Source: Asterionella formosa (Eukaryota). Taken from it: DNA of 37,886 nt. The stretch lies in NCBI GenBank assembly GCA_002256025.1, contig NKIB01015162.1, forward strand, positions 1-37,886, written 5' to 3'. Below the pieces are notes generated by a model. It saw nothing but the letters and a program-made list of their open reading frames with translations. It did no database searches and was not told where the DNA came from. Position 1 is the first letter of the stretch. Each line of letters opens with the position of its first letter. The translations under genes and the position numbers were made by a program. Positions 22,887-33,902 of this stretch are shown one piece after another.

Positions 22887-23835
22887 AGCAGCCACCAGAT
22901 TTGTATTCCGAACATACGCGTAAAACCGGTCGTTTCATACCATAATGACCTGATATTGTTATTCAAGCATCATGATATCGGTTGAACCGTCAACTTTGAC
23001 ATTGGAGTCATTTTAAGGTAAAAAATATATAAAGGGAATCATAGTAAAATTGTTCATCCCTTCTTACCTGATATCATAAGACTAAAAGCACTTTCTCTCA
23101 GTAGAATTCGTTCAAGTTCCACATTTGCCACAATATTTTGGCCAAGTGTAGTACCGGTAGGTACTAGACAACCCCTTCCTTCCTCCTCAGATGATAATCT
23201 GTTCCAACCACACACTTGTACCACAGAAACTTTTTGCTTTCTCACACGGATATTTTGAAAAACATAAATCGCATCACATACACTAATATTAAATAATAGA
23301 TCACTAGGTATGGACCGAATTCCTGTATACATCGGTAGGCATATATGATTCAAAATAGACCACGAACAATTAAAAAATATAGAAACGAAAAAAATCCAAG
23401 TCTTGTTTGTCATTTTCAGTAAAAGGTAACTTCTTCTATTAACCATCCGCACGACAACGCAAGGTGACCCCAAACCACCAAATCAACTTCCTTGTGCACT
23501 AATATTACCGGTAATAGTCGCCCCTTGTATGTACAAAATTATTGGTCTACCGGTACCACAACATTTATCAATTTACCAGTACCAGAGGTAGTTGCATTTC
23601 ATAGAGTTTCGGCTGGTCCTGCTTATTCTACCACCTACCTTCAAGATCATCAGATGTTTGATTACTAGATGACAACAATACTGGAAAAGTTATGCTCAAT
23701 AGCGTAGATGATGCGATCTGCTGTTCATCTGATGCATGCGTAACGCTGCACGCTTGTTGTAGGTGACCAAAGTATTCGGTATTGACTGTCTACATCATAT
23801 TTGACTATTGGTAGTTTCAGACATATAATAAAACG

Positions 23836-25323
23836 ATGAATCAGAAGCAACGATCTCGCTCTCGCTCCAAAGTGCGTGCCAACAAAAAAAGAAGGCTTTG
23901 TGAGCATGCCTCAATATCATCAGACCATCTTCCTTCCTCATCATTGCCTGATGCGCCTTCATCAGTACTTTCAACTGTCCCAGAACGAGAAATTTTATCA
24001 CGAGAAAAAATATCTTTGTTCGAGGAATACATTAGAACACAAGATTGGATACCCCATGAAGAACTAAAGAACTTCTTTCAAGTTCTGTCCAACCCCCTTC
24101 CTGTAGGATTTCGTATCCGATCCGAAGACGCTCTAACCATGTTTCAGAAAAAGCATCTTCCCCGAATACGTCACATCTCCATCGAGCTCCCTGGTAATGC
24201 TTGGCAAGTCGACAGATGCTCAGAGCTCCTTCGTCAATGGCTAACCAGCAACAAGGATGTCGTGAGGCAGGAAACTGTGAGTATGTTGCCCGTTTGGTTC
24301 TTGCAAATTGAAGGACATCATCATGTCCTTGACTTATGTGCATCACCTGGTTCCAAGACACTCCAAGCCGTGGATTTGATATCAAACCAAGGTCTGGTGG
24401 TGGCCAACGAGATCGAGCCACGGCGGGCGTATGTGTTGGCTCATCGATGTCGAACGCACCTCAGAGATGATATGTGCAAGATGGCAGTGGTGTGTCATAA
24501 TGCCACCAAGTTTCCCAACGTGCTGGCCCCAATGGTTTACCAGCAAGACCAGGCGATTTCGCCTCTACCGTACGATCGTATTATTTGTGATGTACCGTGC
24601 AGTGGTGACGGGACCTTGCGAAAAGACGTGAAAGTCTGGAAGACTTGGCGTCCAAGTTACGGAATCGCCCTGCATTCGCTGCAGCTGCGAATCGCCAAGC
24701 GAGGCATTGCCCTTTTGAAAGTCGGGGGATATATGACGTACTCAACCTGCAGCTTTCATCCAATCGAAAATGAAGCAGTTGTTGCGGCGCTATTAGCTAC
24801 ACGTAGTGTTGTTCTAGAAAAGCCGAGAACGATTTCATTGAAGTCAAGGCCAGGACTGAAAAGCTGGAAGGTGCTGGATGACCAACTCCAAGAATGTTCG
24901 CAAAGTGACTATCCTGCCACATTGTGGCCACCGGCGGATTCAACAATCCAGAATGAACTCAGTAAATGCGTTCGGATGGCACCTCATGACAACAACACGG
25001 GTGGTTTTTTCATAGCCATATTTCGTAAAATCGGAAGCCTTCCGGTCAAAAAGCAACGAAAGTGCAAAGTGTTGCCTCGTTTGGTCACTCCAACAGCTCC
25101 TCAGCACATCATAAAATCTGCAAATGGAGCTGACTCTTCGCTCGTTTATTACACTCGGTCGCCCAAATGCATCGGTCGGGTATTCGGATTAAATCCCTCG
25201 CTTGCTTCTCACTTGATGGCAAATCCAGGATCGGCCAAGCTCAACCTGATTTATGCAGGAAGGTATGTCAATGTGACTTTTACCATTTCGCCTCCTTTCA
25301 GTTTGTCTGCACACTTAGCGTAG
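23836..25323 (+). CDS. NOL1/NOP2/Sun-family RNA cytosine-C5 methyltransferase, NSUN2/Trm4-like
   Basis: RQETVSMLP, VLDLCASPGSKT, VVANE, DRIICDVPCSGDGTLRK, YSTCSFHPIENEAVV and NTGGFFIA motifs, with both catalytic Cys present. The 3' end is uncertain: a donor GTATGT at 25263 with acceptor at 25488 would end the CDS at 25495. Confidence 0.92.
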   Translation: MNQKQRSRSRSKVRANKKRRLCEHASISSDHLPSSSLPDAPSSVLSTVPEREILSREKISLFEEYIRTQDWIPHEELKNFFQVLSNPLPVGFRIRSEDALTMFQKKHLPRIRHISIELPGNAWQVDRCSELLRQWLTSNKDVVRQETVSMLPVWFLQIEGHHHVLDLCASPGSKTLQAVDLISNQGLVVANEIEPRRAYVLAHRCRTHLRDDMCKMAVVCHNATKFPNVLAPMVYQQDQAISPLPYDRIICDVPCSGDGTLRKDVKVWKTWRPSYGIALHSLQLRIAKRGIALLKVGGYMTYSTCSFHPIENEAVVAALLATRSVVLEKPRTISLKSRPGLKSWKVLDDQLQECSQSDYPATLWPPADSTIQNELSKCVRMAPHDNNTGGFFIAIFRKIGSLPVKKQRKCKVLPRLVTPTAPQHIIKSANGADSSLVYYTRSPKCIGRVFGLNPSLASHLMANPGSAKLNLIYAGRYVNVTFTISPPFSLSAHLA

Positions 25324-25703
25324 CTCTGCTTGTTCTTCCTCATGAATTTGCGTTGAGCTTGCTTCAATCTGTCATTATTTGGTGCAATATTGAACTTGGA
25401 TTGCTGCTTTGCCCACATGCATTTTCTAATGCTTTGTGGATGTCTTTTGTCTATCCAAACACTTACAAGATTGTTTGTTGTTTTCCAGCCGATAGGTGCA
25501 ATAACTGCTGCAGCAATGTACTATGCGAACATTGTTCTTCAAATGTGGCGAACCGAGCATGACAATTTAAGAATGTAGATGTACAGTGCCTAAGAATCTA
25601 CTGTAGTGCATTTCAACTATATTGTTTCTTTATTGCACTATCGTGCGACCCGATTAAATAAGTTTACAAAGGATCTGAAGACACCTGGAAGACTATAGCC
25701 TTA

Positions 25704-28700
25704 TTACGATTTGTAGCGAGGAAGTGTGTGGTTGAAAGTTCTTGCATCGTCCAAATATTGCAGCAGGCGACCACTCTTTGATTGTTCAACTATCCTAAGA
25801 TCAGAAATAGCATGTTCCAGGTTGCAAATACGCTCCGCATCACTTAACTGGTACTCGTACTCTCCTCCCAATCTCATTTGGGCGTCGTCCAATGCGTTTT
25901 GGGCGGCGTTTGAGGAATTCATTCTTCCATGCATGTCGTCACGGTCACCCCACTGATCTTGCACTTCGAAAAATTCGCGATTGTGTGAATGTTTCCCAGG
26001 ATCGCGAATATCTTCAAGACATTCCTCTCGACTGGTAGCTATCATTGCTCGCTCTCTTCGCTTGTTGTCTACCTTCTTCTTGAGGGCACTTAATTCCAAG
26101 GAAAGATTAGCTTGATTTGACCGAATGGATCGAGAAGTGAGTCTCGCCAACTCTAATTGCTCGCGGATGGAACGAGCTTGTTCAGCATTGTCAAGGGCAA
26201 AGGCAGTGCGCGCACGTCTCTCTGGTGATGACACTCGGGAGAGTCGCTCAGGAGACGACCAACGACTTGGCCGCTCCGGAGATGACATTAATCTGTGGCT
26301 ACTCGGCGAGCCACACCTTTCCAGATGATCAGATGAAGGCAAGCGTCCACGTCGGGAAGGCAAGGATTGACGGCGTTCCGGTGATAACATTCTATGTTGT
26401 GGGCTTGGTCGATCAAGCGAAGACATTGTGTGACGATAATTGCGAGACTCTTTACTCTCACGCAAATCCTTGTCTCTGATGTCCAACGTAAAATGGCGTT
26501 GGTCATCCCGAGACGATTGAGTGGAACGACGAATTGAGGGAGTTGTAGCCCTAGAAGAATTACGTTGCCTTGTAGGGGAAGATGTTGGAGCTCTGGGTGA
26601 GGCCCGAAACCTTGGGGATGCATCTTCTGGCCTTGGTGCAGGCCGGCCCCTACTAGGAGGAGTAGCATGCCCCATAACAGGAGTAGAATGCCCCATAATA
26701 GGAGTAGAATGCCGACTTCTAGACGCACTGCTACTTCTAGCCGTTGCGATTGTTAATTCCTTCTGACGACGAAGTTGCGCGAGCACGCGACGTAGATCAG
26801 CCGATTCTGCTCCAAAGGAACTATCATCCGGTTTCCCAGCCCTCTTTAGTCTTCCATTTTGATGTAGTAGCTGATTCACCATGGTATCATACTTTTCAAG
26901 CATGTCTTGCATGGCAACAAGGTCTGGTCCTATGTCTGCAACGGGCGATGCCATGAGTGATGACTCTGAGGGAAATACGAGGGAGCCTAACTTCTCCGCT
27001 ACATTGAGAGAACCAATTTGCGCTGATGAACCTGGACTACAAAGTGGAAGATTTCTGAGACGTCGCTTCTCGTCAAGTCGGGCTCTAATAGAGTCGAGTC
27101 GGGGCGTAATTGGAGATTCGTTTCTGTCAGTGGTGCGGTGAGGCGATACGAAATTGTGTTGGTCTGGTAGCCCTTTCCGTGGAGATGAGGCATTGCCTTC
27201 ATGAGAGGAAATCGGTGGATGAAGTGACTGCTCGTTCTGGGGCGTGTTTTTAATGGTATTTGACCGGTGCGACTTGGGAGACTCCACTTGCTTCGCCACT
27301 GGAGACGCAATTTGAGACTTTCTTGGCTTCGCCTCCTGAGGTGATGGCTCATGAAATTCTGTTTTCTGATTATCATGTACACTGTGTGGTGTGAGCATTT
27401 CTAAGACGATTGCATCGAATTCAGAGATATTACTGGGTATGTCAACGATGCGATCGTCGCCTGTGACCTTGGACTTAGTGGATTTCTTGACCTTCCTCGA
27501 CTTCGGGGACTCCTTCCCCTTAGGACTACTTTTCTTCTTCCTGTGCTTCTTCTTCGTTTGCACTTCAAGGGAGGAGGAATCGTCATCAGAGTCATCCGGC
27601 GTTGTCAGCTGCACCGCTACTGTCATCTTCATCTGTTCGACATCTGCTGATAATTCCACCTCTTCGAACCGTTGCTCAATTCGGATAGGAGAAGCAGGCT
27701 CGGATTGACTTGCCTCTGGATGACCTTGTTCCAAGGTGTTGTTGACAGGAATGCTGTGAATTCTAGTGTTTCCGTTCACCTCCTCATATCGTTCTTCGAT
27801 GGCAACTGGAGGAGGGTTAGTTGAATTTGTCACAGGACAATCACCCTCCAAGCTCGAAACAGTGTTGGGCTCGTCTTCCGTGCGAGTGACGACCAATAGG
27901 AGAGCACTTGTATCGTATGAGCAGTCGTCGGCGCCATCCATCAGAAGTTGATCAATGGCGCCCAGATCAAAGCTCTTGTTGCTGTTTGCCTTCACGGACA
28001 TCACTTCTTGGTTTAATGAAACCAAGAAAGTGTCGTTCGAGGCGTCAGAAGTTGCGGAATTCATCCGAGCTCTGATGGTCTGAAACTTTGCAAGCATGCT
28101 GGTAACTCGTTCATTTTTCTTCTTTGAGGCCACCTCGATCTTCCTGTTCATCGAGTTCGTAGGGGCACTGACATTTACGTCTACCCCTTCGATCTTTCCA
28201 ACTATACCATCTAACTCATTTACCAGATTCACTTGTTCGGACTGAAGGCTCGAATCATGGGATGGCAATGATGGACTAGGCAGAGGTTGTTCCCCACGGT
28301 CGTCTTCTCCGTGTTTCGCCGCTCGCCGTTTCAAGGATGAGGGAGGTGAAGGACCTGACACATTTAGAGTCGATTCATCATTAGTGATTGCCATCTCCAG
28401 TCCACGCATAATGGCAATCTCTAATTCTTCGGCGGTCACGTGAGCCTCTTCGTTCTTTCCATTTTTGATCGTTGAAGTGCTGTAGAGTAAGGACGAATCG
28501 GTACTACTTGAATCAGCGCTCAGAAGATTTTGAAGGTAGTCCATTGCTTTGCCAACAGGTTGGTCTTCTCGCGCTGATCCCAGCTTGCCAATCATAGAAC
28601 GGCCTGCCATACCTTCGTCATTGGAAGACCGATAAGTGATCTCAACAGGGATGCTTGGCACTGCGGAAATGTCAGATTCGCTACTGCCATCGTCCAAAGG

Positions 28701-31217
28701 TTTGGCGGTTTCGATTGCCACGACGTCAGTGTTGACAGCTGTTGGCACAGGTACTTTGGTTTTTTCCCACGGACATTCAACACCACAGCCAACAACTTGT
28801 TCTTCTGGTATGCCTTCGGGATTGTTGTTTTTAGAAAGTTTCCACTCTTCTTGATTATTTTGATTAAGGTGCGCAGACGAAGCAATTGTTGAGAGAGTGT
28901 CCCAGAATGCATCATCTTGGTCCAATAAGCTACCTTTTTCTAGGAAATCTGACTTGCGACTCATGGCCGATGGCAACGTCACCTGTGTTGCAGCTGGAAC
29001 TTTGGTTTCAGAAGTAGTCACTTGAGCTACATTCGTCTGTACTTGCTGTTGAGGAGGAGCATTTTTGACTTCAGATGCTACAACATTTCCTTTCTGTGGC
29101 GGAATTAGACTTGCTGCCATTACCGAATTCGGTGATATTTGATCAGTCTTTAATTCCTCTTCCACTTGATTAGGCGACACCAGATTGGGGGGAGTCGTTG
29201 ACGACGGTTGACAAGAACTGCTTGAAACCATTTCATTGAAGGAAACGCACCAAGAGCTATTTTCCTTTCTACTTCCATCGTCATCGGTGAGTGGGAGGGG
29301 ATGCGGATCCTGCTTAAAAGTGCCGCCGAACGAAGGAGCAACCGCATTTTCTAACATATCGCAAAACTCAGTGCCAGCGTCTGCTGTCGTGTGGACAAGC
29401 GCTACATGATTGTTAGGAAGAGTCGGATCCTGATTAAATGGACCACCGACTGAAGGAGCAACGGCATTTTCTAACATGTCGCAAAAAAGAGTGGCAGCGT
29501 CTGCTTTCTTGTGGACAAGAGCCTTATGACTGTTAGCCTTGGACGCCGCCTTTTCAGCAAAGGACTCTTTCAAATCAAGAAATGAGTGAGAGGCTTCGGA
29601 AGGTAAGTATCGATCTGAAGCACTTGATGATATTGTCAATGTATCACCCAAAGCATCCAGCATTGGGAGGGTACCGAAGGCTTCGATAGGAGGACCAGTA
29701 GTAGAGCCCTTTGACTTCACATTAATAGCAGCTCGACGCTCTGCCAATTTTTTGGAAGGAATTGAAGCAGCGGTCGTTTTTGCACGAGAATCGACTGTGG
29801 CGGTCACTTGAGGCTCGTCTTGGGGGGAGGAGGCAAAGCATTCGCTTCGCCAAAGGGCACACTCGGTCACACATTCTTCCATCTCTTGTTCAAGCTCATT
29901 CTTCCGTCGAAAATTCTGGGTGACCCAATCGTCATTAGCTTGTGTACCAGATTTTGATCGATTTGCTGGTAACGGATTGGACCGACCTGTGGTTGATGGC
30001 GGAATCGTCTGACTTTTGCAATTTGAGGGAGAGGGCGACGAAGGAGTTGATCTCGCTGCTTTTGCCTTTGCAAGAGCAGATTTTTTTGAATTGTGTCTTA
30101 ATGCGGCCAAATTCATGAATTCATCCATGTCGGCCGACTCCGGCTTTACAAGCATATGCAAGGCATCAGGCTGAGCTTCTTTCGCATTGAGGATTTCGTC
30201 CATAGATTTGGCGTTGTTGACACCACCGAGATGACCAGCGGCCATGGCCATGACATCTTGCATAAAGTCATCATTCAGAGCCATAGGAGCGTATTTGTCG
30301 CCCACATCCGCAACAGTCATATCGTCGTCATCGAATGGATTCGTCGACTTGTGTTTTTTTTTGCCAGTTTTGGTACCTTTCTGCAATTTACCCCCAGTAT
30401 GTTTATGCATGTTAAGACCAACTTCTTCTGACTTTACCCCCATCTTTTCCAATCTATCTAGTAACTTTTGTTTCTGAGACTTTTTCGTGGACTTAGACTT
30501 GGTCTCTTCGGTCAAACTCGCCAAGTCTCGCTGCTTGCTGGCGCTGCGAACTCTTTTCGTTTCCTCCAACTTCTCTAAGAGCTTAACAGCCCGTTTCTTG
30601 GACTCTTCCTTGAGGAACTTGGATGCCCGTTCTTTCGTTAGCTCCTCTATGCTTGGAACTGCATGCTCACGCGATTTTTGAACTTCCTCACGTTGAACAC
30701 TTATAGAAAACGGTGATTTCACCGTAATGTTGTTGTCTAACGGCATTGTTTTCTGCTCTGCGGGTCCTTGTGAACTAGTGTCAATAGAAGTGATGGGCAT
30801 GTTGTTCGTTGACTTCATTTTGCTATCATTCATCTTCTTTTTGGCGGCCCCGAAGGCTTTGCTGACACTAAAACTAGATGATGCACTTGATGCCATCGAC
30901 AAAGTGATCATGCCAGATGGAGCGCTGCCCGATGAGGCTGTATAATCTTCAGGTGATTTGCCTAGGAGACTGGCGGTTTTCCTTCGCAAGAGATCGTTGA
31001 CTTCGTTGTCAGTTTCAATGCTAGTCCCTAACGACCCACCAACCTCACTGAATTGCCAATTCGAGTCGTCTTGCGAACTGCTGTTGTCTGCCCTGGATAA
31101 TGCTGTCAATGACACCGCTCGGGTAGGAGTAATATTTCTCGATGGAGCATCCTTGTTGTAGGCGTTGAGGCGCTGCGTACCCAGCTTGGTCGCCTTTGCT
31201 GTTTTTAACAAGCTCAT
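25704..31217 (-). CDS. Large Ser/Pro/Lys-rich, largely disordered protein with coiled-coil segments (~1837 aa from first ATG)
   Basis: 5.5-kb stop-free frame. The ORF-track start at 31307 is a GTG, and the first in-frame ATG is at 31217. It has low-complexity composition, heptad-like stretches near both ends, and no recognisable enzymatic domain. Confidence 0.85.
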   Translation of the reverse strand: MSLLKTAKATKLGTQRLNAYNKDAPSRNITPTRAVSLTALSRADNSSSQDDSNWQFSEVGGSLGTSIETDNEVNDLLRRKTASLLGKSPEDYTASSGSAPSGMITLSMASSASSSFSVSKAFGAAKKKMNDSKMKSTNNMPITSIDTSSQGPAEQKTMPLDNNITVKSPFSISVQREEVQKSREHAVPSIEELTKERASKFLKEESKKRAVKLLEKLEETKRVRSASKQRDLASLTEETKSKSTKKSQKQKLLDRLEKMGVKSEEVGLNMHKHTGGKLQKGTKTGKKKHKSTNPFDDDDMTVADVGDKYAPMALNDDFMQDVMAMAAGHLGGVNNAKSMDEILNAKEAQPDALHMLVKPESADMDEFMNLAALRHNSKKSALAKAKAARSTPSSPSPSNCKSQTIPPSTTGRSNPLPANRSKSGTQANDDWVTQNFRRKNELEQEMEECVTECALWRSECFASSPQDEPQVTATVDSRAKTTAASIPSKKLAERRAAINVKSKGSTTGPPIEAFGTLPMLDALGDTLTISSSASDRYLPSEASHSFLDLKESFAEKAASKANSHKALVHKKADAATLFCDMLENAVAPSVGGPFNQDPTLPNNHVALVHTTADAGTEFCDMLENAVAPSFGGTFKQDPHPLPLTDDDGSRKENSSWCVSFNEMVSSSSCQPSSTTPPNLVSPNQVEEELKTDQISPNSVMAASLIPPQKGNVVASEVKNAPPQQQVQTNVAQVTTSETKVPAATQVTLPSAMSRKSDFLEKGSLLDQDDAFWDTLSTIASSAHLNQNNQEEWKLSKNNNPEGIPEEQVVGCGVECPWEKTKVPVPTAVNTDVVAIETAKPLDDGSSESDISAVPSIPVEITYRSSNDEGMAGRSMIGKLGSAREDQPVGKAMDYLQNLLSADSSSTDSSLLYSTSTIKNGKNEEAHVTAEELEIAIMRGLEMAITNDESTLNVSGPSPPSSLKRRAAKHGEDDRGEQPLPSPSLPSHDSSLQSEQVNLVNELDGIVGKIEGVDVNVSAPTNSMNRKIEVASKKKNERVTSMLAKFQTIRARMNSATSDASNDTFLVSLNQEVMSVKANSNKSFDLGAIDQLLMDGADDCSYDTSALLLVVTRTEDEPNTVSSLEGDCPVTNSTNPPPVAIEERYEEVNGNTRIHSIPVNNTLEQGHPEASQSEPASPIRIEQRFEEVELSADVEQMKMTVAVQLTTPDDSDDDSSSLEVQTKKKHRKKKSSPKGKESPKSRKVKKSTKSKVTGDDRIVDIPSNISEFDAIVLEMLTPHSVHDNQKTEFHEPSPQEAKPRKSQIASPVAKQVESPKSHRSNTIKNTPQNEQSLHPPISSHEGNASSPRKGLPDQHNFVSPHRTTDRNESPITPRLDSIRARLDEKRRLRNLPLCSPGSSAQIGSLNVAEKLGSLVFPSESSLMASPVADIGPDLVAMQDMLEKYDTMVNQLLHQNGRLKRAGKPDDSSFGAESADLRRVLAQLRRQKELTIATARSSSASRSRHSTPIMGHSTPVMGHATPPSRGRPAPRPEDASPRFRASPRAPTSSPTRQRNSSRATTPSIRRSTQSSRDDQRHFTLDIRDKDLRESKESRNYRHTMSSLDRPSPQHRMLSPERRQSLPSRRGRLPSSDHLERCGSPSSHRLMSSPERPSRWSSPERLSRVSSPERRARTAFALDNAEQARSIREQLELARLTSRSIRSNQANLSLELSALKKKVDNKRRERAMIATSREECLEDIRDPGKHSHNREFFEVQDQWGDRDDMHGRMNSSNAAQNALDDAQMRLGGEYEYQLSDAERICNLEHAISDLRIVEQSKSGRLLQYLDDARTFNHTLPRYKS
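29305..29534 (-). repeat. In-frame 120-bp (40-aa) tandem duplication inside the large CDS
   Basis: ALVHKKADAATLFCDMLENAVAPSVGGPFNQDP and ALVHTTADAGTEFCDMLENAVAPSFGGTFKQDP. The DNA copies at 29305-29414 and 29425-29534 are offset by 120 bp. Confidence 0.92.
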
Positions 31218-32223
31218 GTTCGAAACCTGGTTTGGTAAATGCGGCAGACCTTTCCGCTTTGCACCGCCGTTAACACAGATTGGTTTGGAAATTTGCGTGT
31301 ACTGCACACTTTATTTTTGTTGGAGAATTCGATGTATTGCAGGGATTTCGGCGAATACATTGATATCCAACATATTAGGACATGTATATATATGTGTTAG
31401 TCGCCAAAGACATTATCGTAAGTATATAATTTATTGAAGGATAATAACTCATCCGCGATAGCGGCGACAGCCCTACAATTGTATACAGATACTGTCACTG
31501 ACAGTCAATGCTAGATATTTTGGTGCATGCATATGGGATCCAACGCAAAGCACTACCAGGTACCAGTTTCCGGTAGACAGATATAGGACTCGATACCTGC
31601 ATTTAACAGAAATACTCACAGAAAAAAATCAATACTATCACTGTCGCACTTCATATTAATTTCAGTGTGCATAAAAATCCGTTAGGAGACGACGAGAGGG
31701 AATATATGCATCCTCGCTAAATTGTTAGTTTGGATTTAGGCCCACCTTGCTGTCGCTCAAGCGCCATTAGTCCGCAGTTGGCTGCCTTGAATATATATAT
31801 ACCCGGTATGCAGGCAAAAATGATGAGGTGGTCTAGCATCAATTTCAGGATCAAAGGAGAGAGAGGGTCATCCCCCAATCCAATTGGCATGAGATGGATT
31901 TAGCAAAGGGGGTGCTTCCAGCCAAAGGGGGCTTGTTGACTGAATGCAGAACAAGAAAAGAGGATCAGTTGCATATGTTTTGTTGGAAATGACTTGGGAT
32001 TGACCATTAAAGACTATCACCATCATTCTGACTGTGGAGGCAGCTGTAATGACCAAGAGCTAGCATGATAATCTTGATTCTTAAGGACCATCTACCTTAC
32101 TGGTATTGTTATGTGTATCAAATAGCTATTGTATTATTTGTTTTGCTTCTGCATTTCTCATCTATCCGTTTAGTCACAAGGGGCCTGTAGACTTTTTCAC
32201 CATTCTCCACCAAAACTGGTTCA

Positions 32224-33902
32224 CTACTCTTCATATTTGTCAAAGACCAAAGCACAGTTGGTTCCTCCAAATCCAAAGCTGTTAGACATGGCACGTTTAA
32301 ATGGTCCATCCTTTCTTTCTGTCAGGATGTGCATGCCTTCTGCTTCGTCTACAAGTTCATGAATATTCGCAGATTCTGCCATGAAATCATTGTTCATCAT
32401 GAGAATTGTGTAGATGGCTTCATGGACTCCAGCAGCTCCAAGGGCATGTCCTGACAAGGACTTGGTAGATCCCACATATGGTTGGTACCCCTCTTCAGTA
32501 AATAAGTTCTTGATGGCACCAAGTTCTGCCAAGTCACCAACAGGCGTTGATGTTCCATGTGTGTTGATGTAATCAACATGCTTTGGTCCCCCAATACGGT
32601 TCGCTTCCTCCATGGCTATTTTCATGCACCGTTGTCCACCAACCCCCGACGGAGCGACCATATCGTATCCATCTGAGTTGGCACCATATCCAACCAATTC
32701 TGCATAGATCTTGGCACCACGAGCCTTGGCATGCTCCAATTCTTCAAGGACAATAATTCCTCCACCCCCGGCAATCACAAATCCATCGCGTGTCTTGTCG
32801 AATGGACGGGAGGCAGTCTTTGGTGTTTCATTGTATTCCGTTGACAAGGCACCCATGCAGTCAAACATAGAAGTGAATTCCCAGCTCACGTTTTCTCCTG
32901 TCATGCAAGTGTTTCGAGAGATGGTGGGAGTGAAGGAATAATATTAGCATACAATTATTGGCCAAAAATTGATTGAGTCCCCCAGAGCCCAATTATTAGA
33001 CACGTACCTGCCCCACAAAAAGCAATATCCGACTTTCCAAGTTGAATCTGTTCAAATCCAGTTCCAATACAGTGCGCGCCCGTACTGCAAGCACTTGAAA
33101 TCGAAAAGGATGGTCCTTGAAGCTTAAAGGCGGTGGCCAAAACGGCGCTGCAGGTCGATCCCATGGATCGCGTGACCCTAAATGGGCCGACCTTGTTCTT
33201 CCATCGTGAGCCTCCTGCCTGGACTGCTTCGACTGTTTCAACGATATCAGGAATGGAGGTTCCTCCCTGTCCAATAATCCCAGCCACACGTGAATTGGAT
33301 TGATATTCTTCGGGGGTAAGTCCCGAGTCTGCCACAGCTCGGTCCATGGCAACGTAGGCATACTTTGCATTGTTGCCACAGAATCTAAGACTGGCCTTTG
33401 GGATAAGTTCCTTGAAATCATCTTCTGTCAAGGAAGGAATGCCGCGAACTTGGGATTTGATCCCGAGTTCTTTGCATTCTTCCGAAAAGGTAATCCCAGG
33501 GTCACATTTATAAAGGGATTCCTTGACGTCGTCCAAGGTGTTGCCGAGACAAGATACAATGCCCATGCCAGTAACGACAACGCGTTTGAGTCCTGAAATT
33601 TCCATGGCGAGAGTCGTCTTTTGGCGACGAGGTGTCGTGGTCGCGGCTATCCATGATGGGAACAGTGTTGTGTTAGCCAAAACGTGAACATTCATATAAA
33701 ATAAAATAAATGTAACCATGGTGCCGACACATAAAAGATCGATACACGCACCATTCCCACTACTGCGTGTCGCCAGGCCAAAGGCCTTGTGTGGCCCAAC
33801 AAAGGCACCCGATGGCGAGGAGGAGAACGCTCCAACCAGTGTCGTTGATGTTGATGTTGTCGCGGCCACGAAGATAACGAAAGATGCGGTGTGAAACTTC
33901 AT
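32224..33902 (-). CDS. fabB: Plastid-targeted 3-oxoacyl-ACP synthase I (FabB type), 3 exons (33902-33752, 33646-33008, 32897-32224), ~487 aa
   Basis: [16 protein letters not shown], catalytic Cys in [14 protein letters not shown], His in YINTHGTST and [13 protein letters not shown], and [10 protein letters not shown]. It closely follows E. coli FabB as recalled (GITFS, VGPF.VT..M.S, FD.MGALST.YN.TP..ASR). Signal peptide is followed by 'VGA-F'. Confidence 0.95.

Noticed and set aside
17631..25323. TTC27, CRAL-TRIO and NSUN2-like genes as part of a functional cluster with efp/ABC-F
   Set aside because: They show no plastid presequences or shared pathway, so adjacency is adequately explained by a compact genome.
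25726..31437. Many antisense and alternative-frame ORFs over the large CDS (also over MRS2, ABC-F, TTC27 and fab genes)
   Set aside because: Shadow ORFs of genuine coding sequence with no independent motifs.
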